From NCBI GenBank assembly GCA_037441675.1, contig JBBIRS010000006.1, forward strand, positions 55,458-119,457: a stretch of 64,000 nt of DNA, given 5' to 3'. Source of the DNA: Planctomycetales bacterium (GTDB lineage Bacteria > 4484-113). The notes under the pieces are model-generated. The model made no database searches. It saw nothing but the letters and a program-made list of their open reading frames with translations, and was not told the origin of the DNA. This document shows, one piece after another, positions 41,057 to 52,877 of the stretch (positions are counted from its first letter, which is position 1; each line of letters begins with the position of its first letter). The position numbers and the translations under genes are program-made.

Positions 41057-42598
41057 TTATTTGATTTGAGGTGGGGTTTGAGGAGTCTCCGGGATTTCTG
41101 GTGGGATAATTTCAATCTTTTCAAAGGGACCTTCAAATCTTGTGCCAACATTAGCTGGAACTTGGATGATCTCGGTGTGTATAATTCCGTCAAAAGTTGC
41201 AACGTAAGCTGTGTAACGAAGGTCTACCTTGTCTCCATCAATCACTTCGCGAAACATCTTTTGAGCAAGCGTGTTATCTCCCATTACCTTTGCTATCTCA
41301 TACAAATATTCCTTGACGATGGATAAATCTCGAGTGCCATCGTCCGCTCGATTTATGTATTTCTCCAAAAGCTCCTTAGCAAAGGCGAGTCTCTTTCCAT
41401 CTACGAGGACTGCGGCTTTTAGATAATTCAGCGTTGGGGAGAGTGGGTCAGCCTTCTCTAAAACTTTTAGATGTGCCTTTAGAACCTCCATATCTCGGTT
41501 GTAAAAGAGTATCTTTGAAAGCTCTTCATAGTACTCCTTCATGGCGGGATACCTTTTCTCTAAAAGAACACGCGTGACCCGTTGCATATTCGCATATTCC
41601 TTCTTTCTAGCGTAAATAAGCCCCAGTAGGGCAAGCGAGTCGGGTTGATACTTTCCCCTATCTCCACCCAACTGCATTAACGCTGTGTCATAATCACCGA
41701 GAATGTAATAGAGTTTGGAGTTGTCATACGATGGTAAAGGTTGGTTAACGCTAGGGGAGTTGGAGTTGTCTGGGCCATTCTCAAGGCTAGGGTTATAGCT
41801 GTACGTTCCCTTCTGGGATTGCTTTATGGCTTCAATCTCAGCGGAGATATATCTCATATTCTCGTTAATAATATTTCTAAAGATATTGGCAACCATATTT
41901 GCTTCTTCTAGCTTTTGCTGAGCTGATTTGAGCTCCCCTTGAAGGAAAAGTTGAACCGCTCTATTATTAAGAATTACTCCTTCATCCTCTGGGTTGAACG
42001 GGATCTTTCTCAAGTGAAAGCCAAATGAATATGTGCCGGTGGTCGGATCGAAAGTAATGAGGTAGTAATTGTATTTGTAAGGCAAAGAAACGAGGTTGTA
42101 GTAGGATTGGTCTTTCTGCCAAAGGAGAAGAGTATATTCAGAGAGCTGTTCAATTCTAGGCTCGAGCACTTTGGTTAAGCGAAAAATCTTTTCCCCCGGA
42201 TTCACTCCGAGAGAGTAAATACTTATATCTACGAAGATACGATTTTGCCGACGTTCCCCCACAGTGATGAGAGCGTGTGAACCATCACCAACGAAGGATA
42301 GTCCTGTTAGCGGAATTGAATCTTTCTTAATTCTTCCCGATTTAACTTCAACAACTTTTTCTTTCTCTAACTTCAATAGTCGCCACTCGCCGTATTCTCC
42401 CATATCTAGGAGAAATCCAGCGAAGCTATAAAATCCACCGGCGAATGCGCTTACTACTACTTTCTCGTTGGAGACTGATTTTTGAAACAATGCTTGTTCT
42501 TCTGGAGTAGTTGCGTTGCCTGCCCTCCCGATAACAATCGTTGCAATTATGAGAACGTGAACGCTTAGAGTTATTCTTAAGCCCCAAAACACAGACAT
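41057..42598 (-). CDS. exported TPR-like protein
   Basis: Signal-like N-terminus, beta-rich N-half, helical repeats (LALLGLIYARKKEY). Confidence 0.6.
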   Translation of the reverse strand: MSVFWGLRITLSVHVLIIATIVIGRAGNATTPEEQALFQKSVSNEKVVVSAFAGGFYSFAGFLLDMGEYGEWRLLKLEKEKVVEVKSGRIKKDSIPLTGLSFVGDGSHALITVGERRQNRIFVDISIYSLGVNPGEKIFRLTKVLEPRIEQLSEYTLLLWQKDQSYYNLVSLPYKYNYYLITFDPTTGTYSFGFHLRKIPFNPEDEGVILNNRAVQLFLQGELKSAQQKLEEANMVANIFRNIINENMRYISAEIEAIKQSQKGTYSYNPSLENGPDNSNSPSVNQPLPSYDNSKLYYILGDYDTALMQLGGDRGKYQPDSLALLGLIYARKKEYANMQRVTRVLLEKRYPAMKEYYEELSKILFYNRDMEVLKAHLKVLEKADPLSPTLNYLKAAVLVDGKRLAFAKELLEKYINRADDGTRDLSIVKEYLYEIAKVMGDNTLAQKMFREVIDGDKVDLRYTAYVATFDGIIHTEIIQVPANVGTRFEGPFEKIEIIPPEIPETPQTPPQIK

Positions 42599-43018
42599 CT
42601 TTCTTCTATCTCTATGGTTAATTGCATTTTCATTATAAACCTAAATGGAAGAAACATCCTTGAATGTGAAAACTGATGGCAATTCTATAGCAACTATTAT
42701 AGACTAATTGCTCCTGAGTGTTGTTTCAAGATATTAGACACACCTATTATAGTTATTCTAAGTGTTTTAATGAGCGGAAATAATGGTAGATGCCTGAAAT
42801 TATATAGTCCTTTAGTTTTCTCTTAATTGAAACTTCCGACTAGCTGATTGACAAACAGGAATTACGCGTATTAGAATGAGAGCAGGTCTTAAGATTTTAC
42901 GATTGATTTTCTTTTTTCTCTTTTGGATTTCAAAGCTTTGGGCGAGAGGGGTATGCGCTTCTACCACGTTTAGCTTTAGGATAGGCGAAAAAGTTTGTAT
43001 AAATGAGGAGGCAAGTTT

Positions 43019-44570
43019 ATGAATTTCTCCAATTGTAATCATTGTGCATTGTTCCGCGCTATATTTACTGGACAGGCTGGGAGAGTGCTAGCTCTATTTT
43101 CTGTCTCGTTGTTAATCTTATTTAGCGTTTCAGTTTGTTGTGGGAAAAAGTCAGTCTCCACAACCTCCCAATTAAGCCCCAAGGCTTATGAAGAAGAGGC
43201 GGGTAAAGTTACTACCAAGGTGAAACCTCGCCAGGTGGCGATCGCGGATGTTATTTTAGAGTTGGAGGGGTTAACCGCGCCTGATGATGTAGATGAAGGC
43301 ATCTTTGAGCAGATAAAGCTTGAGCTTTCATCTCTCTAAATTAGAGGAAGCCAGCTAGATTGTCCAGCAAGCCTCCAACAGGGGCCCGAGCAACCGCGTG
43401 GAGGATTTGCAGTTATCGAGAAATACTAACGGAACATTAAGCCTTAATTGGAGTTATCGCAACATTGGTGATTATAACCTGGACGGAAAAGTTGACATTC
43501 AGGAAATTTCTCATCTAGCGAGACACTTTTTTCATGCATCTGAAGCCCAAGGAGGAACTCCAACCGATTCTCCTATAGAAACGTTGATTATCCTTATATA
43601 TACTTTTGGACCCTAGACAGAATTCCACGTAACAAAAGGAACAATGACTGTTTTTATAGGGCTTTGCGGTTAGCGGAGTCGATTGAGAAAGCGCAAAAGG
43701 CCTAAGGATGAATACTCTCTTAACAGCAACATCTGGAATCTATGTATGGAAACATCCAGCGAACTTGACAAGAAGAAGGCTATTCTACTTCTTGCATCCA
43801 CAATACTGCACGAGTTTGGACATCAAAAGCAGCATCTTAAGAAGGATGGTGGAGTTAGGATGTCGGTGAGGCGGGACTTGAAAAGGGAAGACTGATCGAA
43901 AAGAATATTTTCTGTGGAGACATTGACTACGACCCAGCGACTGGACAACTCACACTTGACCCATTAGATAGTAGTGCACCAACGGAGTTAATTGAACAGA
44001 GAATTGACGAACTGATTGACGGTGATAGGTGGACGTGCGGAGAAAACTCTGTGCGTAGCACTAGTCAGTCTGAACCAAGTGGATTAGAGATTACCATTGA
44101 GTATCAAAAAACCAGTTTTGATGACCACTTGCCGAAACCTTTTGATATTACCAACAGAAATGGTAGCTCTCAGCCCTTAAAAATCCTACCCACAATCTTT
44201 GGTGTTCATTACCCAATAAGATTTGACATTTCTAATGGGAGCGGTGAATAAGTAGCATGGATTTATCCTGAATTTGATTTGTCCATGGAGCAAGATACAT
44301 ACTCAACCTTGAACCCGGGCGAAGAAGTTACCGTTTCTTGGGTTCTCAGATATGATGAATACGGACAAGCAACACGATAAGCGCTTTTTACCTTTAGAGA
44401 CTATACTGTAAAAGTAGTTTACTCTGAGTTTGTTTCTCATTATGACCCAGTATAATCAGTGGAGCTACCAAGCGGGTGGAAGCTTCAACAGAACCTGAGC
44501 AGTAATAGGGCAGGACGGTTCCCTCTATGTAGGAAGTGACGATAGCAAGCTCTATAAATTCAAGGATTAA
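43019..44570 (+). pseudogene. decayed member of the modular lipoprotein family followed by HExxH peptidase, Ig-like and PQQ-repeat remnants
   Basis: SVCC lipobox-like; APDDVDEGIFEQIKLEL; LNWSYRNIGDYNLDGKVDIQEI..LARHF; TILHEFGH (43809-23); terminal AVIGQDGSLYVGSDDSKLYKFKD* (44499-44570); many stops and frameshifts. Confidence 0.7.
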
Positions 44571-44877
44571 ACGATGTGTTTAGCTGTCCATGCTTGTCTT
44601 AGCGAATTGTAAGGATGGTAGCTTGAACTTGGACATAGGATTGTCTCGCCTTGCTATGTGCCTTTATGGGACAAGCACAGTTCGTCTTACCAGCAGCTCT
44701 AATTTTAATTTTATTGGGCGAGCGAGACAATTTGCTCCCAAGTCAAGGGATGACACATCCATTTGCAATTGTAAAGCTCTTGTGGTATAAAATTTAGTTA
44801 ATTAAATAAGGGAAGGTGAACCTGTTTAACGTTTTATAACCTTCGCATTAGTGGTAGGTAAAAAACAGGGCTTTTGA

Positions 44878-45702
44878 ATGAGCGCAAGTGGGTTTTTGCT
44901 AACAAGCAGGGCTATTTCTGGAGCCGAGGTTGTTGAGCTAATTAGCGGTGCAGTTTTAGGAACCGTTTATGACACGCTCGTTGACCTTGACGACAGGAAA
45001 GTTGACTGCCTAGGAATACTGCCTGCCTCGTGGTACCAAGGGGGAACAATTCTCGCTGTTACCGACATACTTGGCTACGATGAGGGGGTTTTGCTGATAG
45101 AGAAAGCTACCGACCTCGTTTCGCCTCGACTTAAAGACGTTAAACCGAACAAGAATCTGACCGGAGTTAAAGAACTAACCAGCAGAACCGTTGTTGACAA
45201 GGCTGGGCATGTGTACGGAAGAGTGCTTGCCGTTTTGTTCGACTCAAAGGGCAAGATTTGTGGGCTTGAAGTTGAGAAAGAGGTAATTGAAAGGATAATA
45301 AACGTTGACAAAATAATCGCCATTGGGGATAAGTACATCATCGTTGAATTAACTAAAGAGTCTGCTGGAGGTGAAGAAGAGGATAAAGGTAAAAAAGTTT
45401 TTGAAGGCGAAACTCTTGACGCCCAAAAGGCAGGTGCGCTCAGGGTTGCTAGTTCGGTAAACTCTATCAGTGAAGAACTTTCCGAATTCTCTCAACTAGG
45501 GAAATTTAAGGGACGAAGATTAGAATTTTACTTGGATAAGCCATCACCAGTGAGTTTTATCACAGAGGGCGGTGAGACAATTGTTAGCGTTGGCGAAAGA
45601 CTTACTCCTTACGTACTCAATCGCTTACTTAGTGAGGGTTTACTTCAGGAGCTATATACCGTATTTCCAGAGGAAGAAAATAGCTCTAACTTTAGCTCCT
45701 AA
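44878..45702 (+). CDS. tandem PRC-barrel domain protein
   Basis: Two PRC-like units (G..VV...G..LG.V.D; VVDKAGHVYGRV..VLFD...I..IGDKYIIV). Confidence 0.75.
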   Translation: MSASGFLLTSRAISGAEVVELISGAVLGTVYDTLVDLDDRKVDCLGILPASWYQGGTILAVTDILGYDEGVLLIEKATDLVSPRLKDVKPNKNLTGVKELTSRTVVDKAGHVYGRVLAVLFDSKGKICGLEVEKEVIERIINVDKIIAIGDKYIIVELTKESAGGEEEDKGKKVFEGETLDAQKAGALRVASSVNSISEELSEFSQLGKFKGRRLEFYLDKPSPVSFITEGGETIVSVGERLTPYVLNRLLSEGLLQELYTVFPEEENSSNFSS

Positions 45703-45894
45703 GATCTCATATTTCGGTTTTGAAATATAACTAGAAGGATTTTCCACTAATTCGTTCTTAATAATCTATTCACACTTATCAATTACTTTTTCTTTGTATT
45801 AACAAACTTTTATACTTAAAACGGGTATTGATTATAAGAAATGTAGAATACTTAATGAGATTATGTATCAGGAGAAAAGTATTGTTTTGGAGAT

Positions 45895-46221
45895 ATGGGT
45901 GAAGAAAATACCTTGAACACATATGGTGGACAATTAGAAATAGAAATTGATAGCGTTAACTTTTCTGAGCTCCCCATTGAGTTAAAACATAAAATATTCT
46001 CTTTTGATGGTGGAGGAGTTTACGCTCTTGGAATATTTCCAAACCTACCCGCAAAGGAGAATATGGAATTTAAGATTTTAGAGAGTGGTCGTAAATTAAG
46101 AGTAAGATTTAAGAGGGAATTAACCAAAGAAGATGAAAAGTATGTTGGCGTTGTTACTAAAAGATCAGGAATACTTGTTTTACACCTGCTTAATACCGAG
46201 GGGGATACTATTAGTGGATGA
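45895..46221 (+). CDS. hypothetical protein
   Basis: 108-aa ORF with GGAG RBS. Confidence 0.55.
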   Translation: MGEENTLNTYGGQLEIEIDSVNFSELPIELKHKIFSFDGGGVYALGIFPNLPAKENMEFKILESGRKLRVRFKRELTKEDEKYVGVVTKRSGILVLHLLNTEGDTISG

Positions 46222-46356
46222 TTGGAGAACTAATCTTCTTACTCCTTCCAAAATTTTTTTTCGCTTGTAAGGTAGAGAGAAGATTAATTTGTATCTTTAA
46301 TTATCCTTAAATATTGGACATAATGCTTATCCAACAACTGAAAAATCTAAGGGATT

Positions 46357-48162
46357 CTAATGACGCCTTGTTCTGTCTCTTTTCATCACTGCGAGGAAAG
46401 CCTCTTGCGGGACATCAACCTTGCCAATTGCGCGCATGCGCTGTTTACCTTTTCTCTGTTTCTCTAAGAGCTTCCTCTTTCTAGTAACATCACCGCCGTA
46501 ACATTTTGCAAGGACGTCTTTTCTAAGAGCAGGAATTGTCTCTCTTGCTATGATTTTGTTTCCAATCGCTGCTTGTATTGGAATTGCGAATAGATGCCTT
46601 GGGATTGTCTCACGTAGAATTGAAACAACTTCCTTCCCTCTTTCGTATGCCTTAGTTTTGTGCGCCATAAAAGATAAAGCTTCGGCTCGCACCTGATTCA
46701 CTAGTATATCTACTCGAACGAGATCACTCTCCCTGTAACCTAGAACCTCGTAATCAAAACTGGCGTAACCTTTGCTTTTGGATTTGAGTTCATCGTAAAA
46801 CTCGTAAAGGATTTCTGCTAGCGGTAGCTCAACTGTTACAGAAAGGCGCGATTCAGTTAAGTAGTTAATATTCTTCACTTCCGCTCTATGATGCTTTGCA
46901 AGCTCAATAACCGCTGACTGATATTGCACGGGTGTGATAATTGTTCCAAGAATAAAAGGTTCTTTAATTAAGGCAATTTTGGTTGAATCTGGAATTTCAG
47001 CTGGATTGTCAACCACTAAAGTTCTTCCATCGGTAAGAGTAATCTCATAGGCAACCGAAGGTGCGGTTGCAATTAAATCAAGGTTGTATTCGCGTTCCAA
47101 GCGCTCTTGCACTATCTCCATATGTAGCAAACCTAAAAATCCGCATCTAAAGCCAAATCCTAGTGCTTCGCTACTTTCCTGCTCAAAGGACAATGCGGAA
47201 TCGTTAAGGGAAAGTCGCTGAAGAGCGGTGCGAAGATTTTCAAAGTTTTCTCCTTCCCTACAATAGAGACCGCAAAAAACCAGTGGTTTGACCTTCTTAA
47301 ATCCAGTTAGCGGTTTCTTGGCTCTTCTCTTCGCCTGAGTTATCGTGTCGCCAACCCGAGCGTCGCCAATCTCCTTAATCCCAGCCATTATGTAACCTAC
47401 ATCACCCGCACTGAGCCGTTCAATGGGCGTAAGCTGAGGCTTGAAAATGCCTGTTTCAGTAACGATAAAGCGCTTGCCGGAAGACATCATCTCAATCTCA
47501 TCTCCGACTGCAACACTTCCATCAAAGACTCGCACATAGGTGACGATACCCCGAAATGGATTGTAGTGGCTATCAAAAATGAGAGCGCGAAGCGGAGAAT
47601 CTAAGTCTCCCTTTGGAGGCGATACTCTTTTGACCACGCATTCTACAAGCTCCTCCACACCTTCGCCAGTTTTAGCTGAGACCTTTAGGATATCCTCTCT
47701 CTTACCTCCTATTAGTGACAAAATTTCCTCCTCTGTCTCAAAAATTCTAGCAACTGGGAGGTCAACCTTATTGATGGCGGGTATAATGTCTAAGCCTTCC
47801 TCAATTGCCAAGAAAAGGTTTGCGATGGTTTGAGCTTCCACACCTTGCGTAGCATCAACAAGAAGAATCGCACCTTCACAAGCCTTGAGGGATCTACTTA
47901 CCTCATACGAGAAATCTACATGACCAGGTGTGTCAATTAAATGTAAGGTATAAGCCTGACCATCCTTCGCGGTGTAGTTCATCCTTACCGCCTGCAGTTT
48001 GATTGTTATCCCCCGCTCACGCTCAATCTCCATTGTGTCCAAAAATTGCTCTCGCATTTTTCTCGGCTCAATGGAATAGGTTTTCTCCAAAATCCTATCC
48101 GCTAGGGTTGATTTACCATGATCAATGTGAGCGATAATACAGAAGTTGCGGATATGCTCCAT
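46357..48162 (-). CDS. lepA: elongation factor 4
   Basis: [45 protein letters not shown]. Confidence 0.98.
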   Translation of the reverse strand: MEHIRNFCIIAHIDHGKSTLADRILEKTYSIEPRKMREQFLDTMEIERERGITIKLQAVRMNYTAKDGQAYTLHLIDTPGHVDFSYEVSRSLKACEGAILLVDATQGVEAQTIANLFLAIEEGLDIIPAINKVDLPVARIFETEEEILSLIGGKREDILKVSAKTGEGVEELVECVVKRVSPPKGDLDSPLRALIFDSHYNPFRGIVTYVRVFDGSVAVGDEIEMMSSGKRFIVTETGIFKPQLTPIERLSAGDVGYIMAGIKEIGDARVGDTITQAKRRAKKPLTGFKKVKPLVFCGLYCREGENFENLRTALQRLSLNDSALSFEQESSEALGFGFRCGFLGLLHMEIVQERLEREYNLDLIATAPSVAYEITLTDGRTLVVDNPAEIPDSTKIALIKEPFILGTIITPVQYQSAVIELAKHHRAEVKNINYLTESRLSVTVELPLAEILYEFYDELKSKSKGYASFDYEVLGYRESDLVRVDILVNQVRAEALSFMAHKTKAYERGKEVVSILRETIPRHLFAIPIQAAIGNKIIARETIPALRKDVLAKCYGGDVTRKRKLLEKQRKGKQRMRAIGKVDVPQEAFLAVMKRDRTRRH

Positions 48163-48356
48163 CTTTTTGCTAATTGTTACTCTGAATAGAATGACTCACT
48201 TTCTTAACAACACGATTATACAGAGATGTGACTACGATTGAAAATGTAAGGTTTAGCGATGGATGATAAATGATTAATTATGTAATACGATAATTTTGAA
48301 TATTGTTAAGAAAGCTGATGTTAGTATAATAAGATGAGATATTAAGGGGATGGAAA

Positions 48357-48836
48357 GTGAAACATAAGCCCTTTGTCAAAATCCTCTGGCTAGCTTTCTT
48401 CTTTGCACTCATAATTTATCACGCACTAAGCTACTATGTACTTTACGGCGCAGTCAAGGGAATTGATCAATTTGTCTCAATCTTGAGTTATGTTTTTCTC
48501 TTCCTAGGGATATTTAGCGTGGTAGCGCTAATTAACGTAGATATTTTTATGCTAAGCAAGCCAGGCACAATTAGCATCTCTGTGGAAAGCCTGCCAATTG
48601 GAGTTGCAGATAAAAGTGAAGAAGAAATTCTAAAGATAGCAAAGGCTCATTGGTTTCAGATTAGATACATCCTCACTTTATCACTTGCGGAATTAAGCGG
48701 GATATTGGGATTGGTCCTTAGTATTCTTGGAGGCAATCAGGTTTATATCTCTACCCTTTTTGGCTTTGCGTACTTCTCACTTGTGTACTTGCGCTTTAGA
48801 CTTGGTATGACCTGGGAGAAGTTATACTTATCGTAA
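48357..48836 (+). CDS. 4-TM membrane protein
   Basis: Four hydrophobic segments; upstream TATAAT at 48325-30. Confidence 0.65.
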   Translation: MKHKPFVKILWLAFFFALIIYHALSYYVLYGAVKGIDQFVSILSYVFLFLGIFSVVALINVDIFMLSKPGTISISVESLPIGVADKSEEEILKIAKAHWFQIRYILTLSLAELSGILGLVLSILGGNQVYISTLFGFAYFSLVYLRFRLGMTWEKLYLS

Positions 48837-48909
48837 CCCCCACCAAAGCTGGGTAAATTTAGTGATTTTGTAAACAATTGCTTTGTCATCTGATAAGATA
48901 TAAGAACTA

Positions 48910-49815
48910 ATGCTAATGAATTTCACGAAAATGCACGGTTCGGGAAACGACTTTATTGTCATAGATGATAGGGATGAGGCATGCAAAGGTCTGGAGATGG
49001 AGCTTGCAAAGAGACTTTGCCACAGGCGGTATTCAATAGGCGCTGATGGAATGATCTTTTTGCGACAACCTTCGTTACCATCCTGTGATGTAAAAATGTA
49101 TTACGTTAACTCTGATGGAAGTTATGCAGGAATGTGTGGGAATGGTATTCGGTGTACTGCCTGGTATTTTTATAATAGAATAAGCAATGAGAAGCGAGAA
49201 CTTTTTATAGAAGTGGCAGGAGAAGCGAGAGCGGTTTTTATTCAAAATGGTGAAAGCACTAGGAGCGCTTACATAACTACAGATATGAGAGTGCCAAGCT
49301 TAAAGCTTGCTGATATCCCTGCAAATATTGAGGGTTTTCGGGGGGAGGAGAAATGGATTGACCGCGAACTAGAACTTTTCAAACGGTATGCACCTAGATG
49401 TACTCTTGTTTCAATGGGGAATCCGCATTGTGTAATATTTGTGAACGAGGATGAACTCACTGATCAGTTGGTGCATATAAATGGGAGGGAGATTGAACGA
49501 AACATTAAGATTTTTCCAGAAAGAACAAACGTTGAATTTGCCTGCATTGATTTGGGCGCAGAAGATGCGATGAGCGAAGGCATCTCGTTGACGATGAGGG
49601 TGTGGGAGAGAGGGGTAGGGGAAACGTGGTCTTGTGCGAGTGGTGCAAGTGCCGCGGTGGTAGCAGGTGTTGTTTCAGGTAGGTTGCAAGCCGGCAAGGA
49701 AATTTCTGTCCATCTTCCAGGTGGTGTTTTAATGGTAACCTGGCACGGAGAAGGAACGCCAGTTACCTTGAGGGGGTTGGCTGAGTTTTCCTTTGATGGA
49801 ACTGTTGAAATTTAA
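48910..49815 (+). CDS. dapF: diaminopimelate epimerase
   Basis: KMHGSGNDF, MCGNGIRC, SMGNPH, NVEF, WERGVGETWSC. Confidence 0.95.
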   Translation: MLMNFTKMHGSGNDFIVIDDRDEACKGLEMELAKRLCHRRYSIGADGMIFLRQPSLPSCDVKMYYVNSDGSYAGMCGNGIRCTAWYFYNRISNEKRELFIEVAGEARAVFIQNGESTRSAYITTDMRVPSLKLADIPANIEGFRGEEKWIDRELELFKRYAPRCTLVSMGNPHCVIFVNEDELTDQLVHINGREIERNIKIFPERTNVEFACIDLGAEDAMSEGISLTMRVWERGVGETWSCASGASAAVVAGVVSGRLQAGKEISVHLPGGVLMVTWHGEGTPVTLRGLAEFSFDGTVEI

Positions 49816-49826
49816 TGGAGTAATGG

Positions 49827-50705
49827 GTGAATCGCGAATCGCCAATTCTACTTATTGATACTCCGGGATTGATTTTTCGTGCATTCTACTCCATCAGCGA
49901 CCTCTCCACCGCAGATGGATTTCCGACGAACGCGGTTTATGGAGTTCTCCTTCAGGTTCTCAGGGTTATCAAGGATACCCAGCCTTCAGCCTGTGCTGCA
50001 TTTTTTGATACTCCTGCGCCTACTTTTAGAGAGAAGGAGTTTGAAGAGTATAAGGCTCAAAGACCGCTGCCACCATCAGAGCTAATCGCCCAATTTCCAG
50101 TTGTAATTGAGGCGTTTGAAAAAGCGCTTCTCCCGGTTTTTCTTGAGCCAGGCTATGAAGCGGATGATTTAATTGCATCCTACGCATCTAACCACCCTCA
50201 GAAACTCAAGTATGTTTTGACTGGGGATAAAGATATGCTACAAATTGTAAGTGATACCCTCTTTGTTATGATGCAAACAAAGGGGGTTACAGAGGCTAAG
50301 CTTTGGACTAAAGAGAAGGTCTTGGAAACTTACGGTTTTCCTCCCGCCAATTTCGTTGATTTCAAGGCTCTTAGAGGTGACCCCTCGGATAACATTCCAG
50401 GCGTTTCTGGGGTAGGAGATAAGCACGCAACTAAGCTTATTTTAGAGTATGTCAACCTTGAGGGTGTTTATGAACATATTGATGAAATAAAGCCAGTAAG
50501 GATTAGAGAAGCATTAAAGCTAGCTAAGACCGAGGTCTTCAAGTATCGTGAACTCGTAAGGTTAAGAACTGACTTGAAGCTTGCGGAGGAAGCAATGAAT
50601 CTTAGACTACCGGATTTCTCGCGCAAGGAGTTCTTAGAATTCTGCGATAAGTATGCACTGAGGGCAATAAAAAAACAGGTATTGGCTAGCTTTACCTCAG
50701 GCTAA
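49827..50705 (+). CDS. stand-alone 5'-3' exonuclease/flap endonuclease (PolA N-terminal-like)
   Basis: PTNAVYG, FR..F.EYKAQR, YEADD, TGDKD, ALRGDPSDNIPGVSGVG; stops at 292 aa with no polymerase domain. Confidence 0.9.
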   Translation: MNRESPILLIDTPGLIFRAFYSISDLSTADGFPTNAVYGVLLQVLRVIKDTQPSACAAFFDTPAPTFREKEFEEYKAQRPLPPSELIAQFPVVIEAFEKALLPVFLEPGYEADDLIASYASNHPQKLKYVLTGDKDMLQIVSDTLFVMMQTKGVTEAKLWTKEKVLETYGFPPANFVDFKALRGDPSDNIPGVSGVGDKHATKLILEYVNLEGVYEHIDEIKPVRIREALKLAKTEVFKYRELVRLRTDLKLAEEAMNLRLPDFSRKEFLEFCDKYALRAIKKQVLASFTSG

Positions 50706-50896
50706 TTGGTAACGAGGTTTCGGTCGATAGTTTTACTGGCTGATTAAATTTTCTTTTGTAATTTTAAGATTCTAGAACTGGTATCTCTTATTACTCTCAG
50801 TTCGATGCCTTCAAATTTTTTCCCCTATAAAAATCTCTTGCGCTAGTTATTTGCGAATAAGTCTATCCACTCTAGAGCTCACTTGCTATAATCAGA

Positions 50897-51136
50897 TTGA
50901 TGCTATCATTGATTGTGGAAGTATATATTTTCCTCATCTTCTTATATGTGTTGCTATCCTGGGTGCCAGAATTTAGGTACCAGAGCTGGTATAGAACCCT
51001 TGGCACGATGACAGAGCCGTATCTTTCCTTGTTTAGGCGAGTAATCCCCCCAGTTGGTCTCATTGACTTTTCTCCAATGGTAGCCATCTTTGTCCTAGTT
51101 ATGATTGAGCAGATTCTCAGACGTTCTGGGCTTTAA
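50897..51136 (+). CDS. yggT: YggT family membrane protein
   Basis: LLSW.P...TEPYL..FRRVIPPVGLIDFSPMVA. Confidence 0.9.
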   Translation: MMLSLIVEVYIFLIFLYVLLSWVPEFRYQSWYRTLGTMTEPYLSLFRRVIPPVGLIDFSPMVAIFVLVMIEQILRRSGL

Positions 51137-51317
51137 TTTAAGATTAGCCAACTTCACATTTTAATCAATTCTTTAACTTTCTTAATACGATATTTTTCAG
51201 TGATATTGTCAGCTGTTGCGATTAACCCAATTCATCTTCAGAGAAAGAGGTATGGCTAATTTTACGTTGATATTATCATGCGTAAAAGCAATAACAATCG
51301 CATCAATTATGGGCTAA

Positions 51318-52139
51318 TTATACATTTCGCCCTATTTCAACATCAATAAGCGACAACGAGACTTCCTCAAAATACCGATTAATAACGTAAAGATTGTCAG
51401 GCATCTTAGACACACCCGTTATCTCAGTAGGATTATGAAGAGGAAGCTCTGACGGCTTAAGTTCAGGTGGGACAATTTTTGTAAAATCATATATAAGGCT
51501 GGTCTTGATTCCTGCTGACTTACAAGTATCCAGAAGAACACAAGTTCCAATTTTATTTATAAAAGTATCATCAAATACTGCGTCAGCGCCAACCATTACA
51601 AGCCTTACTTTTTCTAAGTGCTCACGAAAGGCAATATCAGGAAATACATAGCATTTTATACCCTTACTTGCGAGTTCGGTGGCGAGCAGTAAGCCCTCCA
51701 TCTTAGGTCTACCTTCGCCGATGAACAGTGTCGGCTCTGCTCCCTCAGCCTTAGCCGATATCAGGCAGTTACGAACTAGTCCCGAGTAACTGATGCTGAT
51801 AATGTTTTCTGCCTCGCAAACCAGTCTCGTGCCTTGGGCAATAACTTTACGCTTATGCTCAATTCTCCTTTGTTCCAGCCTTTCTGCTGCTAAGCTAACG
51901 CTCCCAGTTTCGTTTAGTTCATCCTGAATTAGCCGACATAGGTTCACAAGGGATGGAATGCCGGCTTGTGTCTGCTTCAATTGCCTCTCAAGGTTGGATA
52001 CTAGTAAATTTCCGTTTCTAACATCAGTATGCGAACGCAGAAATTCAAGCGCCCAGTCAATCAGCACACTAGCGCCGTGCCTTTTATCCTCTAGTATCTC
52101 CCGCCATCTAGGATCTCTTAGTATATCCTCAATTTCCAA
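51318..52139 (-). CDS. eIF-2B alpha/beta/delta-family (MtnA/R15P isomerase-like) protein
   Basis: DKRHGAS, SISYS, EGRPKMEG, VMVGADAV, NKIGT, YFEEV. Confidence 0.8.
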   Translation of the reverse strand: MEIEDILRDPRWREILEDKRHGASVLIDWALEFLRSHTDVRNGNLLVSNLERQLKQTQAGIPSLVNLCRLIQDELNETGSVSLAAERLEQRRIEHKRKVIAQGTRLVCEAENIISISYSGLVRNCLISAKAEGAEPTLFIGEGRPKMEGLLLATELASKGIKCYVFPDIAFREHLEKVRLVMVGADAVFDDTFINKIGTCVLLDTCKSAGIKTSLIYDFTKIVPPELKPSELPLHNPTEITGVSKMPDNLYVINRYFEEVSLSLIDVEIGRNV

Positions 52140-52145
52140 ATGGCA

Positions 52146-52877
52146 TCATTCCCTCCAATATCTGGCTTTTCTCCTCCTGCTATAGTCTATCAAAATCACT
52201 GTAATACACCAGGAGTGAGAGCCAACAGTGCCTAGAATTAAAGTACCAATTATATACCCTCCTCTAGGCAAATCGTAAAGTGCATAACCCTGATTAAAAT
52301 ACTCAAGAAGTAGGAACAGCAACACGAAAAAAATTTTCGCAGGAAAAGAAATTCTGCTTTCTAGCCACCTGGGATTAAGTGTTTCATTCCTCCTGGACTT
52401 GACCTTTCGCTTCATTTTTCTAGCTTGTTATTCCAATGCAAATTCTGTTTCATCATAATCTCTAGTGGCGGATTCAAATCGTTTAGCCAACTGAGACGTT
52501 GTTTGGATTTGCTCGTTACTTGACACGTTTTTCTTCAAAGGTACACTATCATCTTCCAATGTTGGAGGTTCTCGTTCCGTAGCTTCAGCTTTTAATTCTA
52601 TGGAACGAAAGCGATTTGTGACAGGAGCTCTTCTTGTCCTAAAACTTGATTGCAGAACGGATGATTGAGGTGTTGCTTCAGGACTTGTGGACTTTTGTGG
52701 TTCACTGACAACTTCCAGTGGTATGTCTTCTAGTAAATTCAACCTGAAGTAAGGGCAGAAGTTGAGCCACGTCCTCCAAAGCCTTCCGCACTGCTTGCAT
52801 TACCGATAGTGTGCTTGGAATTGCTGGCAGTAAAGGCTTTTCTCGTCAATCTCAGCTTCGCAAGTAGGGCATTTTAC
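52146..52877 (-). pseudogene. double-zinc-ribbon + linker + 2-TM protein pseudogene (copy 2)
   Basis: VKCPTC...YCQQF...R*CKQC...FCPYF, continuing in frame into 52428..52742 and past TAA into 52146..52415. Confidence 0.7.
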
